Positions 59,688 to 64,000 of a stretch of 64,000 nt of DNA are shown piece by piece. The position numbers and the translations under genes were made by a program. Under the pieces are notes generated by a model that did no database searches, had not been told where the DNA came from, and saw only the letters and a program-made list of their open reading frames with translations. Source of the stretch: an uncultured Planctomycetota bacterium (GTDB taxonomy: Bacteria; Planctomycetota; Planctomycetia; Isosphaerales; Isosphaeraceae); NCBI GenBank assembly GCA_963823665.1, contig CAWGMQ010000010.1, positions 640,001 to 704,000 of the forward strand, read 5' to 3'. Numbering within the stretch: the stretch's first letter is position 1; each line of letters begins with the position of its first letter.

Positions 59688-60074
59688 ATGCCATTACTGG
59701 TACCGTACAAGCGTGACGTTCCACCCCCGCCACCCGTGAACCTGTACGAGCCAGCCCCCGGCCGCGACTGGGGAGGGGAGGCCGTCGGCGCTGGGATCTA
59801 TATGCCCGCGGGTTATTCGGGCTATACGTTCGTGGGCAGGGTGTTCCTTGACCTGGAGGCGGCGCGTCTCGCGGAGAAAAACAAGCGCTTCAAACCGGAT
59901 AAGCAACTGCCGGCTTCGGCGGACCTGAGCGAAACCGAGAAGTTACGCCGGGACATCGAAGAATTGAAGGCAGCCCAGCGTCGCATCGCCTTCCCGGTGG
60001 ACGCGCCGGAGCGAAAAAAAGAGCCTGAACCGCCCCCGATGAAGGTGTTCTCACACGGGATTCCGGTTTACTGA
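59688..60074 (+). CDS. Hypothetical protein
   Basis: GAGGG RBS; Pro-rich ends with a coiled-coil segment. Confidence 0.5.
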   Translation: MPLLVPYKRDVPPPPPVNLYEPAPGRDWGGEAVGAGIYMPAGYSGYTFVGRVFLDLEAARLAEKNKRFKPDKQLPASADLSETEKLRRDIEELKAAQRRIAFPVDAPERKKEPEPPPMKVFSHGIPVY

Positions 60075-60133
60075 CCCGATCCGCAGCGGATCCTTACATA
60101 AACACCGATTCGAGATTCGAGAGAGGAACGACC

Positions 60134-60385
60134 ATGAATTCACTCTTGTGCAAACATTGCAGCGTGCGGCCGGCGAGTCATACGACAGCGGGGCCCGGCG
60201 AGCACTCCGGTATCTGCTTGGAGTGCGCCGCGCTTCCCGGGGACCAGCGACCCACGCCTCCGCAGCCCGAGGCGACGAAGTTCCCGCTGTGCAGCAACTG
60301 TGCCGTGAAAGGATCGACTCACACGTCGCACGTTGGCGGGCAAGTCGTCGGGACCTGCGCGGACTGTGCACCAACCGCGGCGTGA
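60134..60385 (+). CDS. Small Cys-rich protein (four CxxC)
   Basis: CKHC, CLEC, CSNC and CADC; GAGG RBS. Confidence 0.55.
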   Translation: MNSLLCKHCSVRPASHTTAGPGEHSGICLECAALPGDQRPTPPQPEATKFPLCSNCAVKGSTHTSHVGGQVVGTCADCAPTAA

Positions 60386-60428
60386 ACATCATTCGATCGA
60401 ACTGCCAACCAAAGAAAGGGTTCAACAA

Positions 60429-60698
60429 ATGGAAACGGCAGCGCTCAAAGGTGGAAGCACGCGCAGCGAACAAATCATGTTCCAGGTCATCAAGCGGGCT
60501 CGCGCCGCCAACCCGAACTGCCGGTGCGGAAAGCGCGCGTCGATATACCGGATCAGCCAGGAGCATGAGCTCGTCATAGGGCTTTGCAACGGGTGCAATC
60601 ACGTAGGCGGCGCACGTGAGTCGGAGTCTCGAGCGCGCGACGGCCGACGCGCGCTTGACCGCGCGAAGGCCGTTCTCGCGGCAACGTCGCGATTCTAA
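60429..60698 (+). CDS. Small putative zinc-binding protein
   Basis: CRCG and CNGC; AAGGG RBS. Confidence 0.45.
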   Translation: METAALKGGSTRSEQIMFQVIKRARAANPNCRCGKRASIYRISQEHELVIGLCNGCNHVGGARESESRARDGRRALDRAKAVLAATSRF

Positions 60699-61213
60699 AA
60701 TCCTTCCCGGCCGGAGCGTATCAGCGGAGGGAAAGACGCTGACGCGCTCTCAGGCGCCGGAGCGGGCGACACTGGTACCTGTGCTCTTTCCACGATCGGG
60801 CTCCGCTGGCGCCTCATGCCCCCGTTGGCAATCTGCGGGTCGGCGACTGAAGGGACTATACTTGTTGCGACGGGCCACGTTGCTTAAGTAGGCCGCATTG
60901 CTACGGATTTAGGACCGCGGGCCGAGTTTTTCGCCGATGGTATATGGTGAGCACTCAAACAATTCGGCAAGTCGGTGATGCTGTTTTGTGGTGTTCTGGG
61001 TTAGGCGCGGATTCTTGGTTCGCCGTTTGTCCCGTGAGTGGGTCATTCGCTGAACGTGCGCCACAGGCGGCATAAACTGGTGAGTCCCATTGCGCAAGAC
61101 GTAACTGTGAGGAATGAAAGCGAGGAATCAGTGGCACACGAATCCGTCCTCGATTATCGTGTAGTTGGGGTACTCGACCATGCCCGTCCGCGGCCCCAAC
61201 TCCCCGGTGCACA

Positions 61214-62020
61214 ATGAGCGCGCCCGTTTCCTTTGAGCTTAAGTCCATCGAAGTTGGCCTCCGGTTCATCCGGGGTTATCGGTACCTGGATCGTTGCGGA
61301 GAGTGCCTGGCCCGTCTTGAGAGCGCGCTTGCGGAGGGATGGCTCCCCTCGGAGCCGTCGCCTACAAGTGGGTCGATGAGGAACGAGCCGTTGGGCATGG
61401 CCCTTATTTTTAATTCTCAGGGGATGAACGTTAAACAGTCGGAATACTTGGCGTTTGAAGAGTTTGCCGATCAGGCGTGCAAGATCTATGAAACTGTCTG
61501 GCGAGTGCTTGAAATCGAAAGGATCAATACCCCGAGTCTGCGAGTCTTCTACCAAAAGGGGTTCGATGATGATGAGGAGGACGACGCGGAGCGTTACTTG
61601 CTTCGGATGAAGCTCTGCGAATTGGACGAAGGACTTTTGCGGGCAATGCTGGGGCAGCAGGCGGGTGTTCAGCTCGCGGTTATCACGCAGGACAAGGTGC
61701 AAGTGGGTGACTCCCTCTTAGAGTGGCGGCGCCGCCTGAATGCCACCGTCGTTAAGCAGGTGAGACAGGAGAACTTTGACGCGAGATTCCTACAACGGTC
61801 GAGGGCGCTAGGGCCGCGGCAGGGAGATGCGATTCGGGCGATGCTGAAGTTGAGGAAGCGCCATCCCGACTTGGCCCCGTTTGCCGTCCAGCTTGAGTTA
61901 GAGGGGTCATTGGATATGGAGTTGTCGACGAAGGAATTCGACATGCGAGGCTTTCTTTTTCAATCCAAGGAATGGGCCGAAAACGCGAAGGGTTCTCTAG
62001 TGCGTCCACGGGGGGTCTAG
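61214..62020 (+). CDS. TIGR04255-like sporadically distributed protein
   Basis: E.GLRF at the N-terminus and IERI...LRVFY in the middle resemble this family; the call is tentative. Confidence 0.5.
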   Translation: MSAPVSFELKSIEVGLRFIRGYRYLDRCGECLARLESALAEGWLPSEPSPTSGSMRNEPLGMALIFNSQGMNVKQSEYLAFEEFADQACKIYETVWRVLEIERINTPSLRVFYQKGFDDDEEDDAERYLLRMKLCELDEGLLRAMLGQQAGVQLAVITQDKVQVGDSLLEWRRRLNATVVKQVRQENFDARFLQRSRALGPRQGDAIRAMLKLRKRHPDLAPFAVQLELEGSLDMELSTKEFDMRGFLFQSKEWAENAKGSLVRPRGV

Positions 62021-62025
62021 GAGTC

Positions 62026-62658
62026 ATGGCCGAAGAGAAGGTTGGACCCATTTTGTTGGCGAAGACCGAAGGCGCGATGAATCAGCGTCTTAACGAGTCG
62101 CAATCCGCGATGAAGTCTCGCGCCGAGGATGGCTTTCCCGACAGTAGTCGTCCGACTTCGGGACCTACGAGCATCGACCTTGGTCCAGTGATCCATCCGT
62201 CGCACTCACCTACGCCCGAGGTGCGAGCGCCGCGTAAGTCGGCCGTTGACTCCGTTGCGTACCACGAGTTCCGTAGGATCTGTGATGATTTAATGATGGA
62301 GGTCAAGCGAGCGAGCGATTACCTCGTGGAAGGAACGATGAGTGACATGGGCATGGAGGTCGTCGTAGAGGTAGAGCAGATTCTTGACGAGCTCTATCGA
62401 AATACGTGGGGGACGAATGAATGCCTGAAGCGGATAGTTGTTGCCATTGGCTCCCAGATCTACAACGTTCGATGGACGGCGGCGCACGTTGGATTTCTCA
62501 AGGATGTCGTGCGCCTTCTTCGGATCAGTTACCTGATCGACGAATCTCTCGTAGCGGAATGCCTTAAATTGATCAGGGATCACCGCCTGGAGGTGTTCCG
62601 CGGGAGTATCGCGGAGACTGAAGTGCGAACGAGATATCGCATCGTGGAGGTTGATTAA
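62026..62658 (+). CDS. Hypothetical protein (disordered N-terminus, helical C-terminus)
   Basis: AGGAG RBS 5 nt after the previous stop; middle gene of the cassette. Confidence 0.65.
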   Translation: MAEEKVGPILLAKTEGAMNQRLNESQSAMKSRAEDGFPDSSRPTSGPTSIDLGPVIHPSHSPTPEVRAPRKSAVDSVAYHEFRRICDDLMMEVKRASDYLVEGTMSDMGMEVVVEVEQILDELYRNTWGTNECLKRIVVAIGSQIYNVRWTAAHVGFLKDVVRLLRISYLIDESLVAECLKLIRDHRLEVFRGSIAETEVRTRYRIVEVD

Positions 62659-62660
62659 TA

Positions 62661-63527
62661 GTGACAGTGTCCCCTCACGGGCAGGCGCAAACCCCGGCTG
62701 GACGAGCCTCTTCTCGACACGACGGTTCAACTGGACCGGACGAAATATCAGTCGAGGAAGCAAACACTGGAGGGGTTGCTGGCTAATTACGAGTTCAAAT
62801 TTGCCACGAGTCTGTCGTTAGTTGAGTTCAAGGCAACCGTTATTCAGGAATGTATCACCATCCATAATCAACTGCGCACGAAGGGGGCGCGTTTTACGAC
62901 GGCCAGGGACGTGCTTATAGAAAAGCACCATCGGCAGACCAGTTTGAGGGCGCACATCTTTAACAACTTGCTAGCGGTATTCGCGCGATCATCTTTCGAA
63001 ATCAGTCGGGAGGAAGACGAATTATTGGCTGAGAAGGCAAGGCTGCATTTGGAGAACATCATCCCCGAATTGTACCGGTGGTTCTCCTCCGAGGAATCTG
63101 TGGACGCGGTGCTGAGGGAGAAATTGCGGTGCGACCGCGCCGCGAAGCTCCCGTCAAGAAAAAAGCAGCATACACCGCGAACCTGCCAAGTTGTCGTAGA
63201 GGCCAAAACAAAACATGTCGGGTCGAGGAACTTATCCGGGCGGAGGCACCGAACCTCATTAGGAAGCTTCCGCCATTTCTCGAAAAGCACGATGAGAACT
63301 CGCAGTTGCAGAAGGCTGTCGAACTATTCGAGTCAGTCATTGAGGATCGTAAGAAAGAGCTATCCGTCGACGACTGCCGTCGCGCTGGTGATTGCTTGAT
63401 CGCGCTCGAGGCGACGGGGTCTGTGACTCATGCTCTTTCGAGCAATGCCAGAGAATGGCAACCAATTTCAGAAGCGTTGGGCTTTCAGTTCGTGCATATC
63501 TCTTTTCCGGAGGAGCGAACTCGCTGA
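62661..63527 (+). CDS. PIN-domain nuclease with Cys-rich insert (frameshifted)
   Basis: LLDTTVQ in frame upstream of ORF 62776, SLVEFK, and GDCLIALEA...LSSNAREW...ALG in ORF 63078-63527. Confidence 0.68.
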
Positions 63528-63874
63528 GGCCCGAATGATTCTGGGGTGCAGCGATGGGGTCCGCGGCGTTCTACACTCACCACGGATCGGGCTCGAGCAC
63601 AACCGACCCGCCCGCTCGTTTGATTCCGACGCCCCAACGGCGCGAAGTGTGACCAGACGGCAGCGGGTCGGCGGTGATCTCGTCCACGTGGTAACGACCG
63701 GGTTTGCTCGAGCGGATCGCGGGCTCGGGCTGGTCGAGGGTATCGACGTCGATGATGGGGGGGGTGGAAAGTATTGAGTCTCTTGGCCGTTCATGCATGT
63801 TACAATACCGCGGAGCGTCGAAGCTTTCCCCTTGAAGACACGATTCCTGAGAGCTCCTCTGTGTTGAGGCATTT

Positions 63875-64000
63875 ATGAAGAAATTGCTGCCTTGGGTGAT
63901 CTTGGCTGGCGTTGTCGTGGGCGTGATTGTCTTCTTGAAACAACCCGAGAACCGACCGGCATTGCCTGGACGCGTCACCGAGAACGCGAAGCCGCCAGAA
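63875..64000 (+). CDS. Start of a membrane-anchored or secreted protein (runs off the window)
   Basis: GAGG RBS; MKKLLPWVILAGVVVGVIVFLKQ. Confidence 0.55.
   Translation, partial: MKKLLPWVILAGVVVGVIVFLKQPENRPALPGRVTENAKPPE

Larger units (their letters stand above)
51360..63527 (+). mobile_element. Integrated PICI-like phage satellite (boundaries approximate; right end and att sites not identified)
   Basis: Co-directional int, xis-like, DUF1580-like, primase-helicase and TerS-like genes, with no capsid, portal, TerL or tail genes; distal cargo cassette. Confidence 0.75.

Noticed and set aside
60889..60897. TAGGCCGC as an att partner of GCGGCCTA near 51352
   Set aside because: Only 8 bp, inverted rather than direct, and expected by chance.
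51360..63527. Complete prophage or ICE
   Set aside because: No capsid, portal, large terminase, tail, relaxase or T4SS genes within the window.

Overview
GC-rich bacterial chromosome segment, most likely a planctomycete of the Isosphaeraceae/Singulisphaera type (inferred from DUF1549/1553, DUF1501, an ECF sigma-Ser/Thr kinase pair and DUF1580-like genes). Positions 1-51.2 kb hold housekeeping genes (hflX, truB, rpmF, rpmB, acs, rseP, dxr) mixed with accessory material. The accessory genes include a REP-associated tyrosine transposase, a TPR protein with about 25 repeats, toxin-antitoxin pairs and a three-copy lipoprotein family. There is also an ECF-kinase-WD40 module with tandemly duplicated propellers, an ABC-ATPase/DUF4276 pair disrupted by a 148-bp MITE, and a two-gene unit encoding a beta-grasp-like small protein (IQGG motif) plus a Cys-containing partner. 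From about 51.4 kb lies a unidirectional, PICI-like phage satellite: integrase, xis-like genes, P4-type primase-helicase, candidate ori and cos sites, a PLD-like nuclease and two TerS-like genes, with no capsid or large terminase. A TIGR04255-like/hypothetical/PIN cargo cassette follows it. Many genes, including housekeeping ones, carry single-base frameshifts, most likely long-read assembly errors. All family calls come from motif recognition by eye; no database searches were run.
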